Positions 12,351 through 21,263 of a stretch of 64,000 nt of DNA are shown here, piece after piece. Every line of letters starts with the position of its first letter. The first letter of the stretch is position 1. A program made the translations under genes and the position numbers. Source of the stretch: an uncultured delta proteobacterium (GTDB lineage Bacteria; Myxococcota_A; UBA9160; SMWR01); assembly GCA_963832165.1 (NCBI GenBank), contig CAWHTE010000004.1, positions 160,001 through 224,000 of the forward strand. Reading direction: 5' to 3'. The notes under the pieces are model-generated. The model was not told the DNA's origin, made no database searches, and worked only from the letters and a program-made list of their open reading frames with translations.

Positions 12351-12584
12351 ATGAAGTCGCTGATCACGGCCATTGTTCAAGCTCTTGTTGACAAGCCCAA
12401 TGAAGTCCAGATCAAGGAAGTAATTGGCGAACACGCGCATGTGCTCGAGCTGCGCGTCGCCAAGGAAGATCTGGGCAAGGTGATCGGGAAGGGGGGAGCG
12501 CACGCTTCGGCAATCCGCACGCTGATGGCAGCGGCGAGTGGCAAGGAGAAGAAGCGCTACATCCTGGAGATCATCGAGTACTGA
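12351..12584 (+). CDS. khpA: KH-domain RNA-binding protein (KhpA/UPF0109 family)
   Basis: ALVDKP...ELRVAKEDLGKVIGKGG...AIRTL; GGAGG upstream. Confidence 0.85.
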   Translation: MKSLITAIVQALVDKPNEVQIKEVIGEHAHVLELRVAKEDLGKVIGKGGAHASAIRTLMAAASGKEKKRYILEIIEY

Positions 12585-12787
12585 TCCGGATTACAGGATC
12601 GCACTCGAAAGTACGGTTTCGAACTTCACCTCGCGAAAGCGGGTGATGCGCACCCACGTCGAAAATACGTGCGCGCGCGTGGGGGTTCCCGCCCGTATGC
12701 GGCGAGTCTGCATACGGCACGGGGCTTGCGATGTGATCGGGGACACCGAATTGGGCCGCCGCCGGGCGGCGAGGAGTCCGTCCCCCG

Positions 12788-13267
12788 ATGAGCAGCCACG
12801 CCAGTGCGCAAGAGCACTTCCGCCACGGTCGCGACGATCTACGCGAGGAAGCGCTGGATCGCGCGCTCGGACATTTCCGCGCCGCGCATCGCCTCGACCC
12901 GGGCAACGCGCGCTACCGCTCCTTCTACGGTCTAGTGCTCGGACTTTGCGAGCGGCGCTGGGAGCAGGCGCTCGAGCTGTGTCGGTCCGCTGCGCGCGAG
13001 GAGTTCTTCGACCCGATCCACTACCACAACCTCGCGCGCCTCCACCTCGCATTCGGATTCAAGGCGGAGGGGCTGCGACTGCTCAAGCGCGGTCTCATGA
13101 TCGCGCCCGATCACGAGGAGAGCCTCGACGCGCTGCGCCGCCTCGGCGTGCGCCGTCGCCCGCCGCTCTCGTTCCTGCGGCGCGACAACAAGCTGAACCA
13201 GTGGCTGGGCAAGCTGCTCGACCGCGTGCGCGTGTCTCCCGAGCCCGAGCCTTCGCCGAGCGCGTAA
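12788..13267 (+). CDS. TPR-repeat protein
   Basis: TPR-like helices (AHRLDPGNARY, YHNLARLHL, GLMIAPDH). Confidence 0.75.
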   Translation: MSSHASAQEHFRHGRDDLREEALDRALGHFRAAHRLDPGNARYRSFYGLVLGLCERRWEQALELCRSAAREEFFDPIHYHNLARLHLAFGFKAEGLRLLKRGLMIAPDHEESLDALRRLGVRRRPPLSFLRRDNKLNQWLGKLLDRVRVSPEPEPSPSA

Positions 13268-13284
13268 CCCGCGACCGAATCGGC

Positions 13285-13377
13285 TCAGCGCTTGCGCTTG
13301 TGGCGAGCGCGCCGGAGCAGCTTGCGCTTCTTGTGCTTGCGCATCTTCTTCCGGCGCTTCTTGATGACGCTGCCCAA
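13285..13377 (-). CDS. 30-aa basic protein, AURKAIP1/COX24 (bS22-like) family
   Basis: Manual translation MGSVIKKRRKKMRKHKKRKLLRRARHKRKR; TTG start with GAGGGA upstream; below the ORF-track length cutoff. Confidence 0.9.
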   Translation of the reverse strand: MGSVIKKRRKKMRKHKKRKLLRRARHKRKR

Positions 13378-13610
13378 AGGCCGTCCCTCGATGAACCGCG
13401 CGATCGCGGCGGCGACTGGTTAGTCGCTCGTCGCTGCGAAGTCAACTGCGCGCGCACATGCGGTGCGATCTGCGCGCGCACGCGATCGCGGAAATCGCAC
13501 CGCTTCGGAAACGCCGTTTGAGCGCGTACGAGCGCAGCATTTTCGGCGCGATTCCGATTCCGGGGCCGCAATTTCAGAGCGCATCGTGTTGATTTTTTTG
13601 TGATTGTGTC

Positions 13611-13640
13611 TTGACGAAGTCGAAAAGTCGGTGTTAGCGT
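13611..13640 (+). promoter_or_regulatory. Sigma70-type promoter
   Basis: TTGACG (13611) N18 TAGCGT (13635) with TG-n extended -10, and an AT-rich tract upstream. Confidence 0.55.
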
Positions 13641-13652
13641 CACCCGCAAGAG

Positions 13653-13818
13653 TTGCTCTAGGCCCGCGGTTTATGGAGAGATCGAAGGCAAATTGCCTTC
13701 AAGTAGTGTGTTGAGGGCTCCGATAGGAGGCGAACCAAAGGCTGTCAGGTCCATGCGACAGCGCGGAGATTCGTTTCCGCGTCGCAACCCAGGACGCACA
13801 GCCGTGGGCAACGAGCAA
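13653..13818 (+). ncRNA. Candidate structured 5' leader or ncRNA
   Basis: Outer stems 13653-58/13813-18 and 13662-71/13800-09 enclose hairpins 13684-13700, 13718-29, 13741-62 and 13763-80 (UUCG loop). Family not recognised. Confidence 0.5.
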
Positions 13819-13841
13819 TCCAAACAGGGGGGTGTACCCGT

Positions 13842-13928
13842 ATGGCAGCTCGCAAGAAGGCCTCGAAGAAGAAGGCTCGCAAGGCCAAGAAGGCCACTCG
13901 CAAGAAGGCCCGCCGCAAGAAGCGGTAG
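13842..13928 (+). CDS. 28-aa Lys/Arg/Ala-rich microprotein (histone H1-tail-like composition)
   Basis: MAARKKASKKKARKAKKATRKKARRKKR; G-rich RBS, every Lys codon is AAG, terminator downstream. Confidence 0.75.
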   Translation: MAARKKASKKKARKAKKATRKKARRKKR

Positions 13929-13959
13929 GTCCCATCGGCCTTCTTCGGAAGGTCCGAGG

Positions 13960-13999
13960 ACCCCGGCCGGCGTACTAACGCCGGCCGGGGTTTCCTTTT
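13960..13999 (+). terminator. Rho-independent terminator
   Basis: Perfect 14-bp stem ACCCCGGCCGGCGT/ACGCCGGCCGGGGT, 4-nt loop, followed by TTCCTTTT. Confidence 0.85.
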
Positions 14000-14043
14000 G
14001 TGGAGCCGTGCTAGCTTCCGGGCCCGCTCTCAGCCCCTCGGGT

Positions 14044-14100
14044 GCAAGTTCGCGCAGCGAGCCGAAGCCGAGCGAAGCCCATCAGGTGGGCGAGCGAAGA
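14044..14100 (+). repeat. Dispersed mini-hairpin repeat, copy D (upstream of rpoZ)
   Basis: GCAAGTTCGCGCAGCGAGCCGAAGCCGAGCGAAGCCCATCAGGTGGGCGAGCGAAG matches copy A. Confidence 0.75.
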
Positions 14101-14115
14101 CGATAAGGGGTCCCA

Positions 14116-14325
14116 TTGGCACGAATCACGGTCGAAGACTGCACCGAGAAGGTTCCGAATCGCTTCCATCTCGTGCAGATGGCATCGATCCGGACCAAGC
14201 AGCTCAAGAAGGGCGCGCGTGCGCTCGTCGCTTCCGAGGACAACAAGGAAGTCGTCGTCGCGCTGCGCGAGATCGCGGCGGGCTTCATCAAGCCCGACTA
14301 TCCGGAAGAAGAAGCGGAAGACTGA
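14116..14325 (+). CDS. rpoZ: RNA polymerase omega subunit
   Basis: MARITVEDC...NRFHLV...RTKQL...[14 protein letters not shown]. Confidence 0.95.
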   Translation: MARITVEDCTEKVPNRFHLVQMASIRTKQLKKGARALVASEDNKEVVVALREIAAGFIKPDYPEEEAED

Positions 14326-14336
14326 ACGCGCAGCGT

Positions 14337-15584
14337 TCAGGCGCTGAGCGGGATCGTGAAGGCCACCGTCGTGCCGTGGCCGATGTCGCTCTGGACCGAC
14401 ACCTCGCCGCCGAGCAGCGTGATCAGGTCGCGCACGAGCGTGAGGCCGAGCCCCGCGCCGCGGTACTTCTGAGACAACGGCTCGTCGACCTGGAAGAACT
14501 CGTCGAACACGAGCCGCAGATCGTCGTGGCAGATTCCGATGCCCTCGTCCTGGATCGCCACCTGTAGCGTTCCCTCGTTCACGCGCCCGCGGATCACGAT
14601 CCGGCCCTGCGGGGTGAACTTGGCGGCGTTGTCGAGCAGCAGGAACAGGATCTGGTTCAGCTTGGTCAGGTCGGTGCGCAGGCGCGGGAACGGCTCGACC
14701 AGCTCGGTCTCGATGTGCAGCGGCTTGTCGCCGATCGAGTCCTGGATGCTGAAGATCGCCTCGTCCACGAGCTCGCGGAAGTTGACGTCCTGACACTCGA
14801 CCGGCAGCTCGCCCTGCTTGATCTTCCACAGGTCGAGGATGTTCTGGAGCGTGCGCAGGAACGCGCTGCCCTCGTCGAGCGCGCTGCGCAGCGTGGTCTT
14901 CGCGCCCTCGGAGAGCGAATCGTTCTCCCCGGTCAGCACCGCGATGATCGCCTCGATGATGCTGTTGAGCGGCGTGCGCAGCTCACGGCTCATCTTCTCG
15001 ATGAAGTCGTTCTTGAGGCGCTCGATCTTTCCGAGCTTCTCGGTACTGCGCAGTAGCTCGATGTCCTGGGCGAACAGCGCCTCGGAGAGGCGCAGCACCT
15101 CGTCGCTCTGAGCCGCGCCGTCCGGCTCGGTGGGGTCCGCCTTCGCGCTGAGCTCGGCGATGAGCCGGGCGTGATCGAAATGGATCGCGATCGTTTCGAC
15201 GATCTCCGCGACGCGGTCGATCTGCTCGGCGGTGGGCACCTCGGGCGATCCGACCACGACCGCGCCGTGCAGCTGCGATCCCGCGATCACGGGGTGCACG
15301 CGCACGCCACCCGCCGCGCGCGTGCCGAGGCCGTTCGCCTCGATCTCGCACACGCCGGTTCCGCGCATCGCCTCGAGCATGTGGGGCGCGAGCGCGACGC
15401 CCGCGGCGCGCGCCTGATCCGGCGCGGCAAATCCCGCGGCTGCGCGCAGCCGGAGGTCGTCGGGACCGCTGTCGCCGACCGCAAACACGAGCGCGACGCC
15501 ACCGCCGGTCGCGCGCGCAGCGCGCGACGCGCCAACACGCAGCGCCTGGGCCAGCGTCGGGGACGGATCTGCGGGTCCGCTCAC
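14337..15584 (-). CDS. Histidine-kinase-like protein with a GAF-like N-terminus and no H-box His
   Basis: SRELRTPL in place of SHELRTPL; N box LLDNAAKFT, G1 DEGIGI, F box VFDEFFQ, G2 GAGLGL intact. Confidence 0.85.
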   Translation of the reverse strand: MSGPADPSPTLAQALRVGASRAARATGGGVALVFAVGDSGPDDLRLRAAAGFAAPDQARAAGVALAPHMLEAMRGTGVCEIEANGLGTRAAGGVRVHPVIAGSQLHGAVVVGSPEVPTAEQIDRVAEIVETIAIHFDHARLIAELSAKADPTEPDGAAQSDEVLRLSEALFAQDIELLRSTEKLGKIERLKNDFIEKMSRELRTPLNSIIEAIIAVLTGENDSLSEGAKTTLRSALDEGSAFLRTLQNILDLWKIKQGELPVECQDVNFRELVDEAIFSIQDSIGDKPLHIETELVEPFPRLRTDLTKLNQILFLLLDNAAKFTPQGRIVIRGRVNEGTLQVAIQDEGIGICHDDLRLVFDEFFQVDEPLSQKYRGAGLGLTLVRDLITLLGGEVSVQSDIGHGTTVAFTIPLSA

Positions 15585-15604
15585 CTGGATCTGCCTCTCC
15601 GCTT

Positions 15605-15646
15605 CATGGTCTTCGCTCGCCTTCGGATCGCTGCGCGAAACTTGCT
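15605..15646 (-). repeat. Dispersed mini-hairpin repeat, copy E (between the pilT-like gene and the kinase)
   Basis: Reverse complement GCAAGTTTCGCGCAGCGATCCGAAGGCGAGCGAAGACCATG. Confidence 0.7.
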
Positions 15647-16791
15647 CAGAAACGCTCGTCCGACTCGAGCTCCATCGGCGCGAGCACGCGCTCCACCGCG
15701 CCGCGGTCGTCCGGATCGCCGCCCTCGAGGGCGAGCTTGGTCTTGAAGTCGGTCGGATTCGAAGCCGCAGCCATCGCGGTCTCGACCGAGATCTTGTTGG
15801 CGCGCAGCAGATCGAGCAGGTGCTGGTCGAAGGTCTGCATGCCTTCGGGCCGTGCGCGCCCGATGAAATCGGTGATCTCGTGGGTTTTCGCGGGATCCTT
15901 GATGCATTCCTGGATGCTGCGCGTGCTCACCATGAGCTCGACCGCCGGCACGCGCGCGGTTCCCTTCTTGTTCGCCAACAGGCGCAGCGAGACGACCGCG
16001 CGGAGGTTGTCTGCGACGCGGGCGCGCACCTGGAGCTGCTCCTCGGCCGGAAAGAACGAGACCAGGCGGTTGATCGTGGACACGACGTCGGCGGTGTGGA
16101 TCGAGGAGAACACCATGTGCCCGGTCTCGGCCGCCTTGAGCGACGTGTCGACCGTCTGGTGATCGCGCATCTCGCCGACCATGATCACGTCGGGGTCCTG
16201 GCGCAGCGCCGAGTGGAGCGCGGACGGGAACGTGCGCGTGTCGGTGCCCACTTCGCGCTGCGTGATGATGCTCTTGTCGTGCTTGAACACGAACTCGATC
16301 GGGTCCTCGATCGTGACGATCTTGGCCTTCCGGACCTTGTTCACCTCTTCGATCATCGTCGCGAGCGTGGTCGACTTGCCCATGCCGGTTGCGCCCGTCA
16401 CGAGCACACAGCCGCGGCGGATCTGTGCGAGATCGCGCAGGACGTTCGGGAGGTTCAGCTCATCGAAAGTGCGGATCTGGAGCGGGATCACGCGCAGCAC
16501 GACGTTGTAGTAGCGGCGCTGCCGGGAGATGTTGACGCGGAAGCGGCCCTCGTTCGGGAGCTCGTAGGCGAGGTCCACCTCGTCGAAATTCATCGACGCC
16601 GTGCGCGGATCGTCCGCGAGCAACAGCCTCGCGATCGCCTCGGTGTCGGTGTCGGTGAGCACCTTGTAGCGGAGCTCGACCAGATCGCCGTTGAAGCGAT
16701 AGAGGGGCAGGTATCCGACCTGGAAATGGATGTCCGAGGCACCCTTTTCGAGGCCCAGACGCAGGAGGCGGTACAGCTTCTCCCGATCCAT
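15646..16791 (-). CDS. pilT: PilT/PilU-family type IV pilus ATPase
   Basis: GASDIHF, GATGMGKSTT, TIEDPIE, LRQDPDVIMVGEMRD, AAETGH, GMQTFDQ. Confidence 0.85.
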   Translation of the reverse strand: MDREKLYRLLRLGLEKGASDIHFQVGYLPLYRFNGDLVELRYKVLTDTDTEAIARLLLADDPRTASMNFDEVDLAYELPNEGRFRVNISRQRRYYNVVLRVIPLQIRTFDELNLPNVLRDLAQIRRGCVLVTGATGMGKSTTLATMIEEVNKVRKAKIVTIEDPIEFVFKHDKSIITQREVGTDTRTFPSALHSALRQDPDVIMVGEMRDHQTVDTSLKAAETGHMVFSSIHTADVVSTINRLVSFFPAEEQLQVRARVADNLRAVVSLRLLANKKGTARVPAVELMVSTRSIQECIKDPAKTHEITDFIGRARPEGMQTFDQHLLDLLRANKISVETAMAAASNPTDFKTKLALEGGDPDDRGAVERVLAPMELESDERF

Positions 16792-16962
16792 CGCTTCCGC
16801 ACCCTCCGCGGATAGATTCCCTGCCGAAGGCCCTCGCTCGCGGTCGGGCCCCGCATGGTTATCGGCGGATCGCGAGCCGCCTTGACCCGGAACCTGCACA
16901 TGACCCGCGCGTACCCCTCGGGAACCGCGGTCTTCGAACGACCTCCTCGCTAGACTGGCTCC

Positions 16963-17487
16963 GTGGCGATTCGTGCACCGTCACTGCGTCTGCTCGTCGA
17001 GTGGATCGGGATTGCGATGCTGCTGATCCTCACGGGGCGCGCTGCGGCCTCGGACGAGGAGAAGGCGCCCGCACCCGCGGTGGACCCCGCGCCTCCGGTC
17101 GCCTACGACGCGCTGTTCCGACTCCCGAGCGACAGTGGCGCGAAGCCCACTGAGGGCGCTGCGCTCGACCGCAAGCGCTGGGAAGAGCGATTCACTGCGG
17201 TGCGCACCGATCTGGACGGCGCGCGGGAGCAGCTCGCGAAGTCCCAGGCCGAACTCGAGGCGATGGCCCGCAAGACCGAGAGTTGGCAGATGGCCGCGCC
17301 GGGCGCAAAGGCGAACAGCGAGAACTCGCCCGTGAGCTACAAGCTGCGGCAGGACATCCGCCGCTATCGCGAAGAAGTGGGGCGCGCGGAGCGCCGGCTG
17401 CGCGAGCTCGAGGTGGAGGCGAGCCTCGCGGGTGTGCCGGCGGATTGGCAACAGCCGGCCCATACCGACGCGGCGCCGGGGTCGTAG
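16963..17487 (+). CDS. Hypothetical exported coiled-coil protein
   Basis: Signal-peptide-like N-terminus, heptad-rich core, GVPADW C-terminus. Confidence 0.6.
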   Translation: MAIRAPSLRLLVEWIGIAMLLILTGRAAASDEEKAPAPAVDPAPPVAYDALFRLPSDSGAKPTEGAALDRKRWEERFTAVRTDLDGAREQLAKSQAELEAMARKTESWQMAAPGAKANSENSPVSYKLRQDIRRYREEVGRAERRLRELEVEASLAGVPADWQQPAHTDAAPGS

Positions 17488-17490
17488 CGA

Positions 17491-18204
17491 TTGGCAGAGC
17501 AGCGCGCGCGGCGGCTGACGCTCAGCTTCGACAACGGCCCGTTCCGCGACGTGACGCCGGGCGTGCTCGATGCGCTCGATGCGGCGCGCGCGACGGCCAC
17601 GTTCTTCGTGTGCGGCAAGGAGGCCAGCGACGCGCAGCGCCGCCCGCTGCTCGAGGCGATTCGCGCGGCGGGACATCGGATCGGGAATCACACGCAGAGC
17701 CACCGCGTGGAGCTGGGCGCGAGCGACGACCCCGACGCGCCGCGCCGCGAGATCGAGGACGCGCAGGCTGCACTGGCCGGTTTCTGCGACGGCGACAAGC
17801 TGTTCCGCCCCTACGGCGCGGGCGGCGTGCTCGGCCCGCGCCTGCTGTCCGCGGCCGCGGTGAGGCATCTGTGCGAGGGCGGCTACACGTGCGTGCTCTG
17901 GAACAGCGTGCCCCGCGACTGGGAAGACGTGACCGGGTGGCCTGATCGAGCCCTGGCCGATCTCAGCGTCAACGATTGGACGCTGCTCGTGCTGCACGAC
18001 ATTCCGAGCGGCGCAATGCGCGTGCTGCCGGAATTCCTCGCGCGCGTGCGCGATGCGGGCGTCGAGCTCACGGCGGAGCTTCCGCCCGCGTGCGTGCCGA
18101 TCCTGCGCGGCCGCGTGGTCGGCTCGCTCGACGGGCTCGTCGCGGATGAAGCTACGAGCGGGTCTCTTCCGATACCGGCTCGATCCAGCGCGCCGCGCGC
18201 GTGA
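17491..18204 (+). CDS. Polysaccharide deacetylase (NodB-like)
   Basis: SFDNGP, ATFFV, GNHTQSH, FRPYG, LVLHD. Confidence 0.85.
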   Translation: MAEQRARRLTLSFDNGPFRDVTPGVLDALDAARATATFFVCGKEASDAQRRPLLEAIRAAGHRIGNHTQSHRVELGASDDPDAPRREIEDAQAALAGFCDGDKLFRPYGAGGVLGPRLLSAAAVRHLCEGGYTCVLWNSVPRDWEDVTGWPDRALADLSVNDWTLLVLHDIPSGAMRVLPEFLARVRDAGVELTAELPPACVPILRGRVVGSLDGLVADEATSGSLPIPARSSAPRA

Positions 18205-19348
18205 GGAACGCGAACGCGGGCGCCGCGAACGCGGCCGTGAGCGCGAAGTAGCTGGCGTAGCCGGTCGCCTCGGTGATCCGGCCCGAGCCGCTTGCGAGCA
18301 GCGTGCCCACGGACGCGTACAGACCCGTGAGCACCGCGTACTGCACGGCCGCGTGCTCGCGCTCGCAGATCCGCATCAGGTACGACACGAACGCGGCGCC
18401 CACCGCGCCGCTGCTCACCGCCTCGAGCATCGACGCGACGTACACGCCGAGGCGTCCGCTCTCGGGCCACGCGGCGGCCGCGGCGTAGACGAGGTTCGAC
18501 GCAAGAGCGAGCGCTCCCGTCGCCCACAGCGCCGGAACGATCCCGGCGCGCGCCACGCACCAGCCGCCCGCGATCGCGCCCGCGATCGTCGCACCCGCGC
18601 CGAGCAGATTCGCGAGCAGCGCGAGCTCGGTGTCGCTGAAGCCGCGGTCGACCCAGAACGTGGGAAGCATCGGTCCCATGGCCTTGTCGCCGATCCGGAA
18701 CAGGATCACGAACGCGACCACGGGCACCACGCCCGGGCGCGCGAGCCACGTGCGCAGCGAGTGCAGCGGCTTGCGCTCGGCCGGTGCCGGCAGCGCGATC
18801 GGTGGCGTCAGCGCGAGCGCTGCGGCGAACCCAGCCGTGATCACAGCCGCAACGAGGAAGGTCTCGCTCCATCCGATCCACGCCGGCAGCAGCAGGAGCC
18901 CGCTTCCCGACGCGGCGAGCCCGACGCGATAGGCCGTGGTCCGCACGGCGTTGGCGGGACCTTCGCGGCCGCGGTCGACGAGTCCGATCGTGTAGCCGTC
19001 GATCGCGATGTCCTGCGTCGCGGACGCGATGCAGTACACCGCGAGCACGGCCGTGAGCGCGGCGCCGATCGGATTCGCGGGCAGCGCTGCGAGCGCCGCG
19101 AGCGCGGCGGCCATCGCGAGGAGCGCGCCGCGGATCCAGTCCTGGCGCGAGCCGAATCGCTCCACGAGCGGCGACCACAACGGCTTCGCGGTCCACGCGA
19201 AGCCCAGCGCGGCAAGCAGCCCGATCTCCGTCAGCGATACCCCGTGCCGGCGGAAGTACACGGAGAGGACGTGCTGATACACGCCCATCGGATAGCCCTC
19301 GATCACATAGACGAGTGCGACGACCGCGAGCTGACGGCGCAGGTCCAC
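18152..19348 (-). CDS. ampG: AmpG-family MFS transporter
   Basis: WTAKPLWSPLVER, SATQDIAIDGY, multiple TM helices, AAVQYAVLT. Confidence 0.8.
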   Translation of the reverse strand: MDLRRQLAVVALVYVIEGYPMGVYQHVLSVYFRRHGVSLTEIGLLAALGFAWTAKPLWSPLVERFGSRQDWIRGALLAMAAALAALAALPANPIGAALTAVLAVYCIASATQDIAIDGYTIGLVDRGREGPANAVRTTAYRVGLAASGSGLLLLPAWIGWSETFLVAAVITAGFAAALALTPPIALPAPAERKPLHSLRTWLARPGVVPVVAFVILFRIGDKAMGPMLPTFWVDRGFSDTELALLANLLGAGATIAGAIAGGWCVARAGIVPALWATGALALASNLVYAAAAAWPESGRLGVYVASMLEAVSSGAVGAAFVSYLMRICEREHAAVQYAVLTGLYASVGTLLASGSGRITEATGYASYFALTAAFAAPAFAFLTRAARWIEPVSEETRS

Positions 19349-19393
19349 TCGATCCCCCCCTGCGAGACCCCTGCGAGACGCTAGGTTAATTGG

Positions 19394-20233
19394 ATGTATA
19401 CGGGCCAGTTCGCGGACGACGAGGCGCTGTGCGCGCACGCGGGCATCGATGCATCGATTCCGGCGCGCGAGGGGTTGTTCCGCGAAGACGGTTGGCTGCG
19501 GCGCGTGGGTCGCGAGCCCGCGGTGCTGTTCGGCGGCGGGTGCGCTCTGCTGCTCGAGGTGGCCCATCCGCTGGTCGCGGCCGGTGTCGCCGAGCACTCC
19601 GATTTCCGGCGCGATCCGTTCGGGCGCCTGCAGCGGACACTCGCGGCGGTCACGGCGCTCGCACACGAGCCGCGCGACAAGGCGCTCGCGGCGGCGCGCG
19701 GAGTTGCGCGCGCGCATGAGCGCGTGCGCGGAACGCTACCCACCGCGGTCGGCCCGTTCGCGGCGGGGACGAGCTATTACGGACGCGACCCCGACCTCGT
19801 GTTGTGGGTGTGGGCGACGCTCGTCGACACGGCACTCGCGGTCTACCGCGACTTCGTGGGACCGCTCGGTGACTCGGCGCTCGCGGAGTACCACCGCGAT
19901 CAACGCTCGCTCGCGCTGCTGCTCGGTGCACCCGCCGACCGCACGCCCGGCGACCCCTCGTCGTTCCGGCGCTGGTTCGACGACGTCCTCGCCGGGGACA
20001 CGCTCACGGTCGGTGAGACCGGGCGCGATATCGCTCGCGCGGTGCTCGAAGGTCCGGGCGTTCAGCGCGGCCCCGTTCCGCTGATCACAGCCGCGCTGTT
20101 GCCCCCGCGGCTGCGCCGCGATTTCGGGCTCGCGTGGAACGACGACCGGGAGCGCCGCTACCGCGAGCTCGTGGCCGGCGTACACGCGCTGCGGCCCGCG
20201 TCGCCCGTCGACGCGCACGGCGAGTGCCGCTAG
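19394..20233 (+). CDS. MpaB/DUF2236-family oxygenase-like protein
   Basis: LLLEVAHPLVAAGVAEHSDF, AHERVRG, DPDLVLWVWATL. Confidence 0.8.
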   Translation: MYTGQFADDEALCAHAGIDASIPAREGLFREDGWLRRVGREPAVLFGGGCALLLEVAHPLVAAGVAEHSDFRRDPFGRLQRTLAAVTALAHEPRDKALAAARGVARAHERVRGTLPTAVGPFAAGTSYYGRDPDLVLWVWATLVDTALAVYRDFVGPLGDSALAEYHRDQRSLALLLGAPADRTPGDPSSFRRWFDDVLAGDTLTVGETGRDIARAVLEGPGVQRGPVPLITAALLPPRLRRDFGLAWNDDRERRYRELVAGVHALRPASPVDAHGECR

Positions 20234-20262
20234 GCTCCGCGCCGCTTGCCACCGGAGGGCGC

Positions 20263-20406
20263 ATGGGACCGGGACCCGAAGACGAAGAACCGCGCGGCCG
20301 GGTCGACGTCGTCTCTCTGCTGTACATCTTCGGCGGGATTCCCGTCATCGTGCTCTATCTCGTGGTGCTGTTCGCGTTCGCGCGCTCCTGTAACGCGCCG
20401 GCGTAG
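20263..20406 (+). CDS. 47-aa single-TM membrane protein
   Basis: GGAGGG RBS, ATG 20263, hydrophobic LLYIFGGIPVIVLYLVVLFAF. Confidence 0.6.
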   Translation: MGPGPEDEEPRGRVDVVSLLYIFGGIPVIVLYLVVLFAFARSCNAPA

Positions 20407-20555
20407 CGCCAGGCCCACGACCGGTTCGTTTTCCGGCAGCGCCCCGGCAAGAGTCGCGCTGGTTGCGCGTCGTGCAACGGAATCGCCGCGATCCGATAAA
20501 AGCACGCAATATCAGGTGCTTAGGTATCCGGCTCTAGACGCCGATACAACCTCGC

Positions 20556-21263
20556 ATGTGGTTGGGAAGCGGGAAGGTTGGATATTCCCGGGCTGCGCTC
20601 GCGCTGCTGTTCGGCAGCGTGCTCTTGCTCGCGGTCGGTGGCTGCCGCACGGTGATGCCGCAGGAGAACCACCTCAGCTACTTCGCGGCTCCGGCGCCCG
20701 ATGACGCGTGGAGCCGAAAGATCCGTGGCTGGCAGCAGCGCGAGCAGGTCGCGCACGCGGGTCCGGCTCCCGTGGCTGCGGAGCCGCCGCGCGTCGATCC
20801 CGCCGAGCGCGGCGTGCTGCGCGACAAGTACAACGAGTTCATCTCCGCGCGGAAGCGCGAGGTCGCGAGCGAGCTCGCCACCTGGATCCAGGAACAGTCG
20901 CGCGATCACTACATCCCCGACGGGGCCGTCGATCACTGGGCCACGTTCGAGGAGACGTTCAAGAACAACGGCGACGACTGCGACGGCCTCGAGCTGCTCG
21001 CGTATAACTTCCTGCTCGAGCTCGGCTTCGGCGAGAACGAGGTCTTTCGCGCCATCGTCGTGCGCCCCTCCGACGGGCAGCACCACATGGTCACGCTCTG
21101 GTTCGAGAGCCCGAACGATCCCTGGGTGATCGATCCCACGGGCGCGATGACCACGGGCATGCCGCGGATGTCGCAGGTTCCGGGCTGGAAGCCGCTCAAG
21201 GTGTTCAGCGAGAAGCGCGACTACACCGTCGCTCCGAGCTCGCTCCACACCGCCGCGCGCTAG
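20556..21263 (+). CDS. Lipoprotein with transglutaminase-like cysteine peptidase domain
   Basis: Lipobox-like VGGC; GDDCDG (Cys), HHMVT (His), VIDPT (Asp). Confidence 0.7.
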   Translation: MWLGSGKVGYSRAALALLFGSVLLLAVGGCRTVMPQENHLSYFAAPAPDDAWSRKIRGWQQREQVAHAGPAPVAAEPPRVDPAERGVLRDKYNEFISARKREVASELATWIQEQSRDHYIPDGAVDHWATFEETFKNNGDDCDGLELLAYNFLLELGFGENEVFRAIVVRPSDGQHHMVTLWFESPNDPWVIDPTGAMTTGMPRMSQVPGWKPLKVFSEKRDYTVAPSSLHTAAR

